This document shows positions 1-8,790 of a stretch of DNA of 21,530 nucleotides, one piece after another. Both the position numbers and the translations under genes were made by a program. Position 1 is the stretch's first letter. The number at the start of each line of letters is the position of its first letter. The notes beneath the pieces were generated by a model. The model was not told where the DNA came from, did no database searches, and was given only the letters and a program-made list of their open reading frames with translations. The stretch comes from Candidatus Methylomirabilia bacterium (GTDB taxonomy: Bacteria > Methylomirabilota > Methylomirabilia > Rokubacteriales > CSP1-6): positions 1 through 21,530 of the forward strand of contig JBGPXN010000071.1 of the NCBI GenBank assembly GCA_041492755.1, given 5' to 3'.

Positions 1-61
1 CCTGGAATATCAACACGGTTGCGCCCTATTCGCCGGACATATCACCTATCTTGCCAGAGAC

Positions 62-562
62 TCACGACCCGCCGCTGACCGTCTCCTGATCGACGCCCTG
101 GAAGTAGCGCCGTTTCGGGTCTTGCGGGCCCGTACCCACTTTCCCCCGTTCCACCAGCTTCACGAGACGCGTGCGCGTGGCACGGAAAGTCAGGTCGATG
201 GACTTCGCGATCTCGCTGGACAAGCGCCCTTCGCCGCCCGCGAGGGCCTCCAGGATAGCGCGTTCGGTCTCGTCCAACGAAGGTGCGCCCACCCGCCCGA
301 CACGCAGCGTCACCCGAAAGCGCGTGCCGATCTCTTCGATCACCGGCGGCGCGAGCCCGGCGTCGCGGCAGGCAGCCGTCATCCGCTGAATCCCGCTTCC
401 CCACTGCTCGATGAGACCGAGCGCATGGAAGACGCGCCCGATGACCCGGTTGCGCAGCTTCGAGATCCCTCGATGGAGATCGTCTACCGTGAGGCCAAAG
501 GGCAGAAGCCCCGGGTCCTCCACCTCCAGACGGTCGTCGAAGATGGACACGCGGATGGGCGT
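62..562 (-). pseudogene. 5'-truncated C-terminal part of an AlbA_2/HATPase_c_4 ('RecG C-terminal-like') + winged-helix protein
   Basis: Reads TPIRVSIFDDRLEVEDPGLLPFGLT...RNRVIGRVF..LGLIEQWGSGIQRM, followed by a wHTH-like end. The N-terminal domains expected in this family are absent, and similarity stops at about 562, where an addB-like fragment begins on the other strand. Confidence 0.75.
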
Positions 563-682
563 GCGGCGCGCTCACCGGCGACGACGCGCTCCGGGTGATC
601 GAAGACGCGATCGCCTCCCTTCGCCTGCGCACCGGGCGGTTCGGCGAGCCGGCGGTCTACGTCGGATCGCTGGCGGGCGCGG
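558..682 (+). repeat. 125-bp diverged copy of an internal segment of the addB-like gene (12508-12632)
   Basis: Ungapped alignment at offset 11950 gives 11 mismatches in 125 by manual count (about 91%). It encodes ACGALTGDDALRVIEDAIASLRLRTGRFGEPAVYVGSLAGA versus ACGALRGDDALRVIEDAIATLRLRTGRFGDPAVYVGSLAGA. Confidence 0.95.
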
Positions 683-759
683 GCGGGTCTCCTCGAGGTG
701 GCGGCTGCGTGGGCCGCCTCCTGCCCGTCGGACCGCCGGCTTGGTCTACACTTGATTGG

Positions 760-1344
760 ATGACCGCCCGCGCGCCGCTCGTCATCATGGTTGCCGGTCC
801 CAACGGCGCCGGCAAGAGCACGATGGCGGCGCGGCTCCTTCAGGACGCACTCACAGTGAGCGAGTTCGTCAACGCCGATCCGATCGCCAGCGGCCTGTCG
901 GCGTTTCGGCCGCAGTCGGTGGCCATGGCAGCCGGCCGGGTTATGCTGGCGCGCATGAAGGCGCTCGCCGAAGCGCGCCAGGACTTCGCCTTCGAGACCA
1001 CGCTGGCCAGCCGCAGCTTCGCGCCGTGGCTGGTCGGCCTGCGGAGATCGGGCTACCGCGCACATCTGGCATTTCTTTCGCTGTCCAGCTCCGACCTTGC
1101 CGTCGCGCGGGTAGCCGAGCGGGTCCGCCAGGGGGGGCACGACGTGCCTCAGGCCGTCGTGCGACGCCGGTTCGCAGCCGGGCTGCGCAACTTCTTCACG
1201 CTCTACGTCACTGTCGTGGACTCCTGGCGAATGTTCGACAACTCCGCGGCTACGGGACCCCGCCTAATCGCCTTCGCTGCGACCCGCCAACCGGCGAACG
1301 TCGTCGATGTTGCAACCTGGAACGCGCTTCAGGAAAGCTATTGA
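760..1344 (+). CDS. Zeta-toxin-like / AAA_33 P-loop kinase (COG4185-type), putative TA component
   Basis: Walker A AGPNGAGKST plus family motifs FVNAD, FAFETTLA, RVAERVRQGGHDVP and DNS. Start placed at ATG 760, with TACACT 7 nt upstream. The ORF-track extension from 595 is the addB fragment. Confidence 0.85.
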   Translation: MTARAPLVIMVAGPNGAGKSTMAARLLQDALTVSEFVNADPIASGLSAFRPQSVAMAAGRVMLARMKALAEARQDFAFETTLASRSFAPWLVGLRRSGYRAHLAFLSLSSSDLAVARVAERVRQGGHDVPQAVVRRRFAAGLRNFFTLYVTVVDSWRMFDNSAATGPRLIAFAATRQPANVVDVATWNALQESY

Positions 1345-1559
1345 TGGCGACCGCCTCTCAACCCGAACCCACCCCCCTCGATCGTTTGGAGGACCTGCCG
1401 CGCATCCTTAGAGCCATGCGCGAGGCCGTCCGCGAGGCACTGCTGCGCCACAAGCAGCTCGGCAACCCGGTGGCGGTGTGGCAAGACGGGCGGGTCGTGT
1501 GGCTCGCCCCCGACGAGATCCCGACCGACATCGTGGAGCCCGACCCCCAGCAGGAGTGA
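1344..1559 (+). CDS. Small partner (putative antitoxin) of the zeta-like kinase, 71 aa
   Basis: TGATG stop/start overlap with the upstream gene. The sequence AMREAVREALLRHKQLGNPVAVWQDGRVVW resembles the small proteins usually paired with this kinase family. Confidence 0.75.
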   Translation: MATASQPEPTPLDRLEDLPRILRAMREAVREALLRHKQLGNPVAVWQDGRVVWLAPDEIPTDIVEPDPQQE

Positions 1560-1572
1560 TCGGTCAGTTCCC

Positions 1573-1742
1573 GTGGAGGCGAGGGTGGCCCCCGGCCAGA
1601 CGGCGCGTGATCTACGTCCCCGACCCGGAGCCCAACTCTGTGTTCGTGATCACGGCCTATCAGCTTGGCCCAAAGGCTTTGCGCGCGTTGCGATGCGGGC
1701 GGCGGAGAAGCCATGACCCAGACCAAGTTTCCCCCCGGCTGG
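1573..1742 (+). pseudogene. Decayed type II TA pair: C-terminal part of a BrnT/DUF4258-like toxin plus the first 10 codons of its partner
   Basis: ARVAPGQTA, then after a frameshift RVIYVPDPEPNSVFVITAYQL and a basic tail. ATG 1713 follows with MTQTKFPPGW, which then loses recognisable similarity. Both ends are missing. Confidence 0.6.
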
Positions 1743-1838
1743 CGTCACGGCCCTTGCGCACGATCGCCCAGCCTCCCCAGCTTGCTCCAGCGTTCCATGA
1801 CGACGCGGATCATTTGTCGGCGCACGCCCGCGCCCCAC

Positions 1839-1868
1839 TGTCCAAATCTGGATACAGGAGTGAACGCT
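1839..1868 (+). repeat. 30-bp conserved junction motif, copy A
   Basis: TGTCCAAATCTGGATACAGGAGTGAACGCT, 26/30 identical to each of the copies at 2690 and 10812. Confidence 0.9.
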
Positions 1869-1896
1869 TGACCGTATGTACTCATGTGCATACTCT
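1868..1896 (+). promoter_or_regulatory. Sigma70-type promoter with a palindromic operator for the brnT-brnA module
   Basis: TTGACC (1868)-17 bp-TACTCT (1891). The spacer holds the inverted repeat GTATGTAC-tcat-GTGCATAC (1874-1893). The GTG start lies 5 nt after the -10. Confidence 0.7.
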
Positions 1897-1901
1897 AGCT
1901 C

Positions 1902-2459
1902 GTGGAGTTCGGATGGGATCCTCGCAAGGCCGCCGTCAATCTGCGCAAGCATCGCGTCGACTTCGCCGACGCGGGAACGGTGCTTCATGATGACCACGCG
2001 ATCACCATCGCTGATGAGACCGCGGACGACGAAGATCGGTTCGTCACGCTTGGCTTGGACGCGCTCGGCCGAGTTCTCGTGGTCGTCTATACGTGGCGCG
2101 GCGATCGTCCACGACTGATGTCCGCGAGAAAGTCGACGCGACGCGAGCGACGTCAGTATGAGGGTGCGAGCGAGATGAAAAGACAGTACGACTTCAAGCA
2201 TGGTCGACGCGGGGCTGTTCTTCGTGCCCCGTCGGGCAAGACGCGAATCACCATCCGAATCGACGACGACCTCCTTCAATGGTTCAGGGACCAGGTTCAC
2301 AAGGCCGGAGGCGGCAGCTATCAGACGCTCATCAACAATGCTTTGCGTCGCTTCGCGGAATCGGCCGAGCAGAATCTCGAAGGCACGCTGCGACGTGTGC
2401 TACGAGAGGAGCTGCCCCGGTACAGGGTCCAGCGGAAGACCGGCCCGACTCACCGATGA
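1902..2459 (+). CDS. brnT: BrnT toxin fused in frame to BrnA antitoxin (185 aa)
   Basis: N-terminal half is FGWDPRKAAVNLRKHRVDFADA...EDRFVTLG...VVVYTWRG..RLMSARKST.RERRQYE (BrnT/DUF497). There is no stop before the BrnA half. Confidence 0.85.
   Translation: MEFGWDPRKAAVNLRKHRVDFADAGTVLHDDHAITIADETADDEDRFVTLGLDALGRVLVVVYTWRGDRPRLMSARKSTRRERRQYEGASEMKRQYDFKHGRRGAVLRAPSGKTRITIRIDDDLLQWFRDQVHKAGGGSYQTLINNALRRFAESAEQNLEGTLRRVLREELPRYRVQRKTGPTHR
2175..2459 (+). CDS. brnA: BrnA antitoxin (DUF4415, ribbon-helix-helix), possible internal start within the fusion ORF
   Basis: MKRQYDFKHGRRG...KTRITIRIDDDLLQWFR...GGSYQTLINNALR. ATG 2175 is preceded by purine-rich GAGGG/GAG. Confidence 0.8.
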   Translation: MKRQYDFKHGRRGAVLRAPSGKTRITIRIDDDLLQWFRDQVHKAGGGSYQTLINNALRRFAESAEQNLEGTLRRVLREELPRYRVQRKTGPTHR

Positions 2460-2689
2460 AGCCGCCCGCGGACCTGCTGCTGGCGGCGGCGCTCCCTCGG
2501 AACAAGCTTGCCGCCCCCCGTTCCGAGTATCACAGCCGGCACCGATCGAACATCGCTTGGTCGATCTCAACGAACTTCGAGCTTTCCTGAAGGAGATGCC
2601 AGGAGCGCCGAATCCACGGCATTGCGTTCTCCACCACCCGGACGAGTTGACGGCCGGCGGCGAGGTCGGTCGCGAGGTTCAACGGAGAA

Positions 2690-2719
2690 TGTCCAATCTT
2701 GGATACAGGAGCGAACGCT
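2690..2719 (+). repeat. 30-bp conserved junction motif, copy B
   Basis: TGTCCAATCTTGGATACAGGAGCGAACGCT. Similarity to copy C extends to 35/41 over 2688-2728 versus 10810-10850. Confidence 0.9.
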
Positions 2720-2856
2720 GCTGGCTGTTCCTCCCCCCCAGGCCGCCGCTGGGGACGCTACCGCCGTTCGCCACCAGGGCGACTCGCCGTCGACAAAAAT
2801 GGACATTCGCAGCCACCGGGATCGGCTCTAAGATCTTCTCGCGAGGTTGGGATGCC

Positions 2857-3210
2857 GTGGGACTGACATACATCGAGGGCGTGGTCACCGGCCCGAGCGG
2901 CGGTTCTCGCACGGTGCGGTTCATGGTCGACAGCGGGGCGAAGTACAGTCTCCTCCCGCTGGCCGACTGGCGGGCCATCGACCTCGTCCCGAAGCGACGC
3001 ATGACGTTCGTCCTCGCCGACGGCACGCTGATCGAGCGCGACGTCTCCGAGTGTCACATCGCGCTGCCGCAAGGCGAGGCGCACACGCCGGTGATCCTCG
3101 GGGAGGCGGACGACGAGGCGTTGCTCGGCGTCGTCACCCTCGAGATCCTGGGGTTCATCCTGAACCCGTTCAACCGAACGCTGCAGCCGGCCCGGCTCCT
3201 GCTCGCGTGA
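2857..3210 (+). CDS. Clan AA (retropepsin-like) aspartyl protease, 117 aa
   Basis: Catalytic motif FMVDSGA, flap LADG and C-terminal ALLGVVTLE. GTG start with GAGG upstream. Confidence 0.85.
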   Translation: MGLTYIEGVVTGPSGGSRTVRFMVDSGAKYSLLPLADWRAIDLVPKRRMTFVLADGTLIERDVSECHIALPQGEAHTPVILGEADDEALLGVVTLEILGFILNPFNRTLQPARLLLA

Positions 3211-3292
3211 CTCGAGGCCTGATCGTGGCGTCCGCCGCGCAATTCCGTACTCCGTGATGGCCAACCGGGCCGGCCTGCGGTAGCTTCGGCGC

Positions 3293-4717
3293 ATGGCCGT
3301 TTCCCCGCCGCTCTTCTCCCGGGTGCCCGGCGCACTCTTCGGCCCACTCGCCGGCGGCCACGCTTCGCTCTACTGGACGCTGCTCGCGACCTTCTACCAT
3401 CACGAGTTCGAGCGCGAGCCGTTCTTCCTGATCCGGAGCGTCGTCCTCGACACCGCGGAGGAGCTGGTGCGCGAGTCGCCGCTCTGGTCCGAGCGGCGCG
3501 ACGAGTTGCTGGCCCTGGCCGAGGAGGTCGGCGAGTCGGCCGAGCCGGCGATCGACGAGGGTGCGCTGCTCCGCGCGACGGCGCGCCGGCTCGTCGCCCG
3601 CCTGGAGGCCGCCGGCTGGTTTCACTTCGAGTATCGCAGCGCCGTCGGCGACGTGCTCAACTTCTACCCGTACGCGGCGCGGATCCTCGAAGCGCTCGTC
3701 CGCGTTGCCCGCGACGAGCAGCCGCTGTTCCAGGGCTACGCGCACTCGATCGCGTCCCTGCTGCGGCCGGAGGTGTTCGCCGCCCGGCCGGGCGTGTCGC
3801 TGAGCGAAGCAAGGCGACACACGCTGGACATGGTGCGCGAGCTGAAGATCCTCGACCGCAACATCTACTCGTCGACCCAGCGGTTGCTGGACACGGTGGG
3901 CACGGCCTCGGGCGTGCTGGAAGAGGGGCTCGACCACTATCGCCACGCGGTGCTGGCGAACTATCATCGGCTCAAGACCGTCGACAATCTCTACAAGTGG
4001 CGCGGGGAGATCCTGCGCCGCCTGGACGACATCGAGGCCGACACGCGCGCCCGGGACGCGGCCGTGCGCTGGTACGCGGAGCAGCTCGGCCTCGACGCCG
4101 CGGCCGCCGGCGCCGCCGTGGCCGCCGACCTCCGGCTGCTGCGCATGCAGTTCGAGACGCTACCCCAGCTCATCGACGACATCGACGCCCGCAACGCCCG
4201 CTTCAGCGGAGTGGCCCTGCGCAAGCTCATGTACCTGCTGCGCCAGGACACCCGCACCGAAGGACAGCTCCAGCGCATCGTCGACGCGCTGTCGCGGGAT
4301 CAGGCGCCCGATCTCGTCTTCGACGTGTATCGCTGCGAGCTGCTGGCCGACGGCTTCCTCTACGCGCCCGCGCGCCGGCGGCCGCGGCCCGAGCCGCAGC
4401 CCCTCGCGCGCCGTCCGGCCGACACAGGCGATCTCCGGCGCGACATCGCGCCTCGCCTGCGCCGCCCGTTCTCGCGCTCGCGCGTGGAGGCCTTCGTCGA
4501 GGGGCTCCTCGGCGCCCGGGCCACCGCGCGCCTCGCCGAGGCGGCGCCGGAGAACGACACCGACTACGTGCGCCTGATCTACACCGTCGCCTACGGGCTC
4601 GACGGCCGATCGCCCTACCGCTTCGAGGCGGAGCGGACGCCGTCCGCGGAACGCCTGGAACGCCGGGGCATCTACGGGTTCCCGCGTGGCTTCCTGGGCC
4701 ACCGCCGAAAGACCTGA
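3293..4717 (+). CDS. jetA: Wadjet JetA (MksF/kleisin-like, DUF5716-type)
   Basis: 474 aa, first gene of a tightly coupled four-gene operon. It has an LFSRVPGALFGPLA..LYW N-terminus, RLEAAGWF and YHRLKTVDN motifs, and sits before a kite-sized gene, an SMC and a Toprim gene. Confidence 0.85.
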   Translation: MAVSPPLFSRVPGALFGPLAGGHASLYWTLLATFYHHEFEREPFFLIRSVVLDTAEELVRESPLWSERRDELLALAEEVGESAEPAIDEGALLRATARRLVARLEAAGWFHFEYRSAVGDVLNFYPYAARILEALVRVARDEQPLFQGYAHSIASLLRPEVFAARPGVSLSEARRHTLDMVRELKILDRNIYSSTQRLLDTVGTASGVLEEGLDHYRHAVLANYHRLKTVDNLYKWRGEILRRLDDIEADTRARDAAVRWYAEQLGLDAAAAGAAVAADLRLLRMQFETLPQLIDDIDARNARFSGVALRKLMYLLRQDTRTEGQLQRIVDALSRDQAPDLVFDVYRCELLADGFLYAPARRRPRPEPQPLARRPADTGDLRRDIAPRLRRPFSRSRVEAFVEGLLGARATARLAEAAPENDTDYVRLIYTVAYGLDGRSPYRFEAERTPSAERLERRGIYGFPRGFLGHRRKT

Positions 4718-4720
4718 GGC

Positions 4721-5359
4721 GTGGATTTCGTCACCGAATACCCGCGACTGGAGCCGGCGCAGCAGGAACGCTTGCGCGCGGTGGTCACTCGCCTGCTCTC
4801 CGGCCACGTCCTCACGCCCGGGCCGGCCATGCAACCCGACGCCGACTGGCGATTCGCGGAGCGGCAACGCGAGTTGATCGACGCCTACCTGCGCATCGGC
4901 GGCTGGCGGCTCGAGATCGATCTCGGCCTGCGCCTCTGCCGCGCGGTCCACGACTCGGGGGAGCAGCGCGTGCGCCTGTCGAAGCTCGAGAGCCTCGTCC
5001 TCTGCACGCTGCGGCTCGCCTATCACGAGCAGATGCAGCAGGTGACTGAAGACGTGCGCTGCGAGCTGACCGTGGGCGCCCTGCGCGAGCGGCTGATCCA
5101 GTCGGGCAAGCCCGCGGTGCAGCTCTCGCGGCGGGCGCTGGAGCACGCGCTGCGGCGCCTGGCCCGGCACTCCCTGGTCGTGGTCGAGCGCGGCTTCGCG
5201 GCGGAGGACACCGAGACCGTCGAGGTCAGTCAGCTCATCGAGAAGGTCCTGCCCCCGGACCGCATCGCCGAGCTGGCCGGTCGCATCCGCGCTTACACCG
5301 GCGCGACCGCCCCCGGGCCGGACGGCGAAGAGATCGAGGACGCCGAGGACGCCTCATGA
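4721..5359 (+). CDS. jetB: Wadjet JetB (MksE/kite, DUF4194-like)
   Basis: 212 aa with LIDAYLRIGGWRL and RLSKLESLVLCTLRLAYHE, an acidic tail, and an ATGA overlap with jetC. Confidence 0.85.
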   Translation: MDFVTEYPRLEPAQQERLRAVVTRLLSGHVLTPGPAMQPDADWRFAERQRELIDAYLRIGGWRLEIDLGLRLCRAVHDSGEQRVRLSKLESLVLCTLRLAYHEQMQQVTEDVRCELTVGALRERLIQSGKPAVQLSRRALEHALRRLARHSLVVVERGFAAEDTETVEVSQLIEKVLPPDRIAELAGRIRAYTGATAPGPDGEEIEDAEDAS

Positions 5360-8300
5360 TCGGGCTGGCCGCCGTGCGTCTCGTCAACTGGTACCACTTC
5401 GCCGACGAGACCTTTCGCCTGGGGGGTAGCTGCCTGCTGCTCGGCGACAACGGCAGCGGCAAGTCGACCGTGCTCGACGCCGTGCAGTGGGCCCTCGTGG
5501 CCGATCAGCAGCAGGTGCGTTTCAACAAGGCGGCCAACGAGCAGAGCCGCCGGAGCCTGCACGGTTACGTGCGCTACAAGCTCGGCTCCGAGGACGAGGC
5601 GCGCCCCGGGCAAGTGCGGTTCGGCCGCGGTGCCTGCACCTCGTACGTCATCCTCCAGTTCGCCGACGACCGCGATCCGGCTGGCGACTTCGCCTGTGGC
5701 CTGGCCATGGAGGCCAGCGAGGCGGACACGCACGTTCCCCGCGTGCACTTCGTGGCCCCGCGCAGCACGGCCGCGGAGGTGCCCGCGGTCGCGCCGGGCG
5801 ATCTGGTCCGCCCGCTGCGCGAGTTCCGGCAGGCACTACGGGCCGTCCCGCACAACCGCCTCTTCGCCGACGCCGGCACGTATCGCGAGGAGCTGCGTCA
5901 CCGGCTCGGCGCGCTGCCCGAGGCGTTCCACCGCTTGATCGTCAAGGCGCTCGACTTCAAGCCGATCGGCGAGGTCCGCGACTTCGTGTTCCACTACCTG
6001 CTCGACGAGCGGCCGGTGGACACCGCAGCGCTCCAGGCGAACCTCGAGCACTACAAGCGGCTCGAGGCTCAGGCCCGCGACGCCGAGCGTCGGATCGCCG
6101 CGCTCGACACCATCTGCGGCCAGGGCGAGCGGATCGCCCAGGAGCGGCGGACCGCGGAGAGCCACCGCTATCTCACCCTCCGCGCGGAGGTGGAGCTGGC
6201 GGAGGCGCAAGTGCAGGCGATCGAACGCCAGCTCGCCGACGCGGCCCTCACCCGCGACGGCCTGGCGGGCGAGCTGCAACGGGCCGAGGACCAGCTCGCC
6301 TTCTTCCGGCGCGAGCGCGACCGTCTGATCGAGATGCTGCTCGCGACCCCGGGCTTCCCGGAGATCCAGCGGCTCGAACGCGACCTCGATGAGACCCGGC
6401 GTGCCATCGGCGAGGCCACGGACGCCGAGACGACGGCCCGGCGTGGACTGGACACGCAGCGCGCCGTGTTGGAGGCGCTGCTCTCGCAGGACGCGCGCGA
6501 TCTGCGCCACGCCCATCCGGAGGCGTTTCCCGGCCCCTCACTGCTGGGTGCGGTGGACGAGCCGGCGCTGCTGGCCCGCCTCCGCGAAACGCTGGCCCGT
6601 GACGGCCACCTGGGCGGTCGCGATCTCACCGCATGGACCCGCCACCTGGCGCAGGCCGCGGACGCGATCGCCGTGGCCACCGCCCGCCTCGGGGAGTCGC
6701 TGGAGACCGCGAAGCAGGAGGGACACCTGCTGGAGGCCGAGCAGGCGGAGCTGGAGCGCGGGCGCCAGCGCTACCCGGAGGGCGCCGAGGCGCTCCTGCA
6801 CCTGCTGCGTGCGCGCCTGAGCGCCAGCCGCGAGCCGCGACCGCTCTGCGAGCTGATCGAGGTGCCCTCGGCGCGCTGGCGCGACGCGGTGGAAGGCTAC
6901 CTCAACACCCGCCGGTTCGACGTGCTGGTCGCGGCCGGCGACTTCCCGCGGGCGCTGGCGCTCTACGAGCGGCACAAGCGCGACTACGCGCTGCCGGGGC
7001 GAGGGCGGGTGTTCATCGCGGGGGTCGGCCTCGTCGACGTCGAGAAGGTCCAGGCGGCCGCGCCCCGCCGTGAGCCGCGATCGCTCGCCGAGCAGGTCGC
7101 CACCGACGACGCGCTCGCCCGGGCCTACGTCGACTTCCTTTTGGGTGACGTGATCTGCTGCGACGGCGAGCAGGAGCTGCGCCGCCACCGGCGCGCCATC
7201 ACCGACACCGTCATGGTCTACCAGAACCACGTCGCACGGCAGACGCCGGCGGAGGTCTATCGGCGCCACTACGTCGGTGAGGCGGCGCGCATCCGCCGGC
7301 GGGAAGAGATCGGGCAGCGGCTCGCGGAGCTGTCGCAAGTCGTCATCGATCTCGCCGGACGCATCGAGTGGGTGAAGGCCACCGCCGTGGCGTGCCGCAA
7401 GGGCGCCGCCGAGGCCGTCGAGCTGCCGCGCCTCGTCGAGACGGCGCAGCGGCTGCCCGACCTGCGCGCCCGCGCCGTCCTGCTCCAGCGCCAGCTCGAC
7501 CGGATCGACCGCCGCGAGGTCGAGCAGCTCCAGCGGGAGCGCGAAACCGCCGAGACCGAGCTGTCGCGGCTCGACGGCGAGCGCGGCCGGCTCCAGCAAC
7601 GACTCGGCGCGGGCGCGCGCGAGCTGGAGCATCTCGCGCAAGAGCGGGACCGCGCGGCGCACGCGCAACAGAGCGCCGTGGCCCGACTCGACGACGTCTT
7701 CCCAAGCCCCGGCGCCGACGGCCTGGGCGCCGAGCGGCGGGCGGGCTACGAAGATCGCTACCTCCTCGAGCGCGCCGAGCGCACGGCAGGCGAGATCCGC
7801 GAGGTGTTCGACCGCCAGCACCGGATCATCGACAGCCGCGTCCAGGGCCTCGTGGGGAGCCTCGTGCGGCTCAAGACCGAGTACGCGAACGCCTTCGGGC
7901 TCGTCGCCGAGGTCGAGGGGGAGGGATACGGCGAGTTCGCCGCCCAGCGGGAGCTGTGGCACGACAGCCGCTTGCCCGAGTACCGCGACCGCATCGTGCG
8001 GGCCAAGGAAGAGGCCATCCAGCAGCTCGCCGAGGACGTCATCTTCCGTCTGCGCGAGAACCTCGTCGACGTGCGACGGCAGATGGACGAGCTCAACCGC
8101 GCGTTGAAGGACGTGCCCTTCGGCTCGGAGCGCTACCAGTTCACGCTGGAGGTCGCGCCGGCGCACCGTCCCTTTTTCGATCTCATCATGGACGCCGGCC
8201 GCTTCGAGAAGGACTCGCTCTTCGGCGCCACCGCGGTGGAAAGCTCGGACGTGCGCCGCACCCTGGACGATCTCTTCGAGCGGCTCGTGCAGGCGGAAGC

Positions 8301-8790
8301 GCGCCAGGTGAAGACCGAGCTCGACGCGCGCGCCGACTACCGGGAATACTTCGACTACGACCTCCGCATCCAGCACGCCGACGGGACGTATTCGCTCTAT
8401 GGTCGGGTGGCCGCCGACAAGTCCGGCGGCGAGACGCAGAACCCGTATTACATCGCGATCTTCGCGTCCCTCTACCGGCTCTACCGCAGCCTGGCGCCCG
8501 ACGGCCGGCCCCGGTGCGGCCTGGTCCTGCTCGACGAGGCGTTCTCCAAGATGGACGAGGCCCGCATCGAGGCCACGCTGCGCTTCGCCCGCGGTCTGGG
8601 GCTGCAACTGCTGATGGCCACGCCGAAGGAGCGCAGTGAGCTGGTGGCCCCCTGGGTGGAGACGAGTCTCTACATCCACCGGGATGCGATGAGCGGATTG
8701 CCCACCGTTCTCGACTTCACGAAGGAGTTCAAGCCGGATGCCGTTCCCGGGGACAACGGCGCGACAGGAGCTGCTCTGCCGGCTCCTTGA
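5356..8790 (+). CDS. jetC: Wadjet JetC, SMC-family ATPase
   Basis: 1144 aa with LVNW, Walker A GDNGSGKST, FNKAA, long coiled coils around a hinge, signature KSGGETQ and Walker B/D-loop LLDEAFSKMDE. Confidence 0.93.
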   Translation: MIGLAAVRLVNWYHFADETFRLGGSCLLLGDNGSGKSTVLDAVQWALVADQQQVRFNKAANEQSRRSLHGYVRYKLGSEDEARPGQVRFGRGACTSYVILQFADDRDPAGDFACGLAMEASEADTHVPRVHFVAPRSTAAEVPAVAPGDLVRPLREFRQALRAVPHNRLFADAGTYREELRHRLGALPEAFHRLIVKALDFKPIGEVRDFVFHYLLDERPVDTAALQANLEHYKRLEAQARDAERRIAALDTICGQGERIAQERRTAESHRYLTLRAEVELAEAQVQAIERQLADAALTRDGLAGELQRAEDQLAFFRRERDRLIEMLLATPGFPEIQRLERDLDETRRAIGEATDAETTARRGLDTQRAVLEALLSQDARDLRHAHPEAFPGPSLLGAVDEPALLARLRETLARDGHLGGRDLTAWTRHLAQAADAIAVATARLGESLETAKQEGHLLEAEQAELERGRQRYPEGAEALLHLLRARLSASREPRPLCELIEVPSARWRDAVEGYLNTRRFDVLVAAGDFPRALALYERHKRDYALPGRGRVFIAGVGLVDVEKVQAAAPRREPRSLAEQVATDDALARAYVDFLLGDVICCDGEQELRRHRRAITDTVMVYQNHVARQTPAEVYRRHYVGEAARIRRREEIGQRLAELSQVVIDLAGRIEWVKATAVACRKGAAEAVELPRLVETAQRLPDLRARAVLLQRQLDRIDRREVEQLQRERETAETELSRLDGERGRLQQRLGAGARELEHLAQERDRAAHAQQSAVARLDDVFPSPGADGLGAERRAGYEDRYLLERAERTAGEIREVFDRQHRIIDSRVQGLVGSLVRLKTEYANAFGLVAEVEGEGYGEFAAQRELWHDSRLPEYRDRIVRAKEEAIQQLAEDVIFRLRENLVDVRRQMDELNRALKDVPFGSERYQFTLEVAPAHRPFFDLIMDAGRFEKDSLFGATAVESSDVRRTLDDLFERLVQAEARQVKTELDARADYREYFDYDLRIQHADGTYSLYGRVAADKSGGETQNPYYIAIFASLYRLYRSLAPDGRPRCGLVLLDEAFSKMDEARIEATLRFARGLGLQLLMATPKERSELVAPWVETSLYIHRDAMSGLPTVLDFTKEFKPDAVPGDNGATGAALPAP

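Noticed and set aside
558..682. addB fragment as a diversity-generating retroelement template/variable repeat pair
   Set aside because: Mismatches are not adenine-specific and are mostly synonymous, the target is mid-gene, and there is no reverse transcriptase in the window.
681..726. GC hairpin (GAGGTGGC...GCCGCCTC) as a terminator or REP
   Set aside because: There is no U-tract, it is single copy, and such stems are expected by chance at this GC content.
595..759. N-terminal extension of the zeta-like ORF (249 aa in the ORF track)
   Set aside because: It is a chance in-frame read-through from the addB scrap. The family starts near ATG 760, which has its own -10 box.
2519..2640. Possible VapC/PIN relic on the minus strand (FVEIDQAMFDRCRL*YSER)
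   Set aside because: The resemblance is short, subjective and interrupted by a stop. It needs a tBLASTn or HMM hit to support it.
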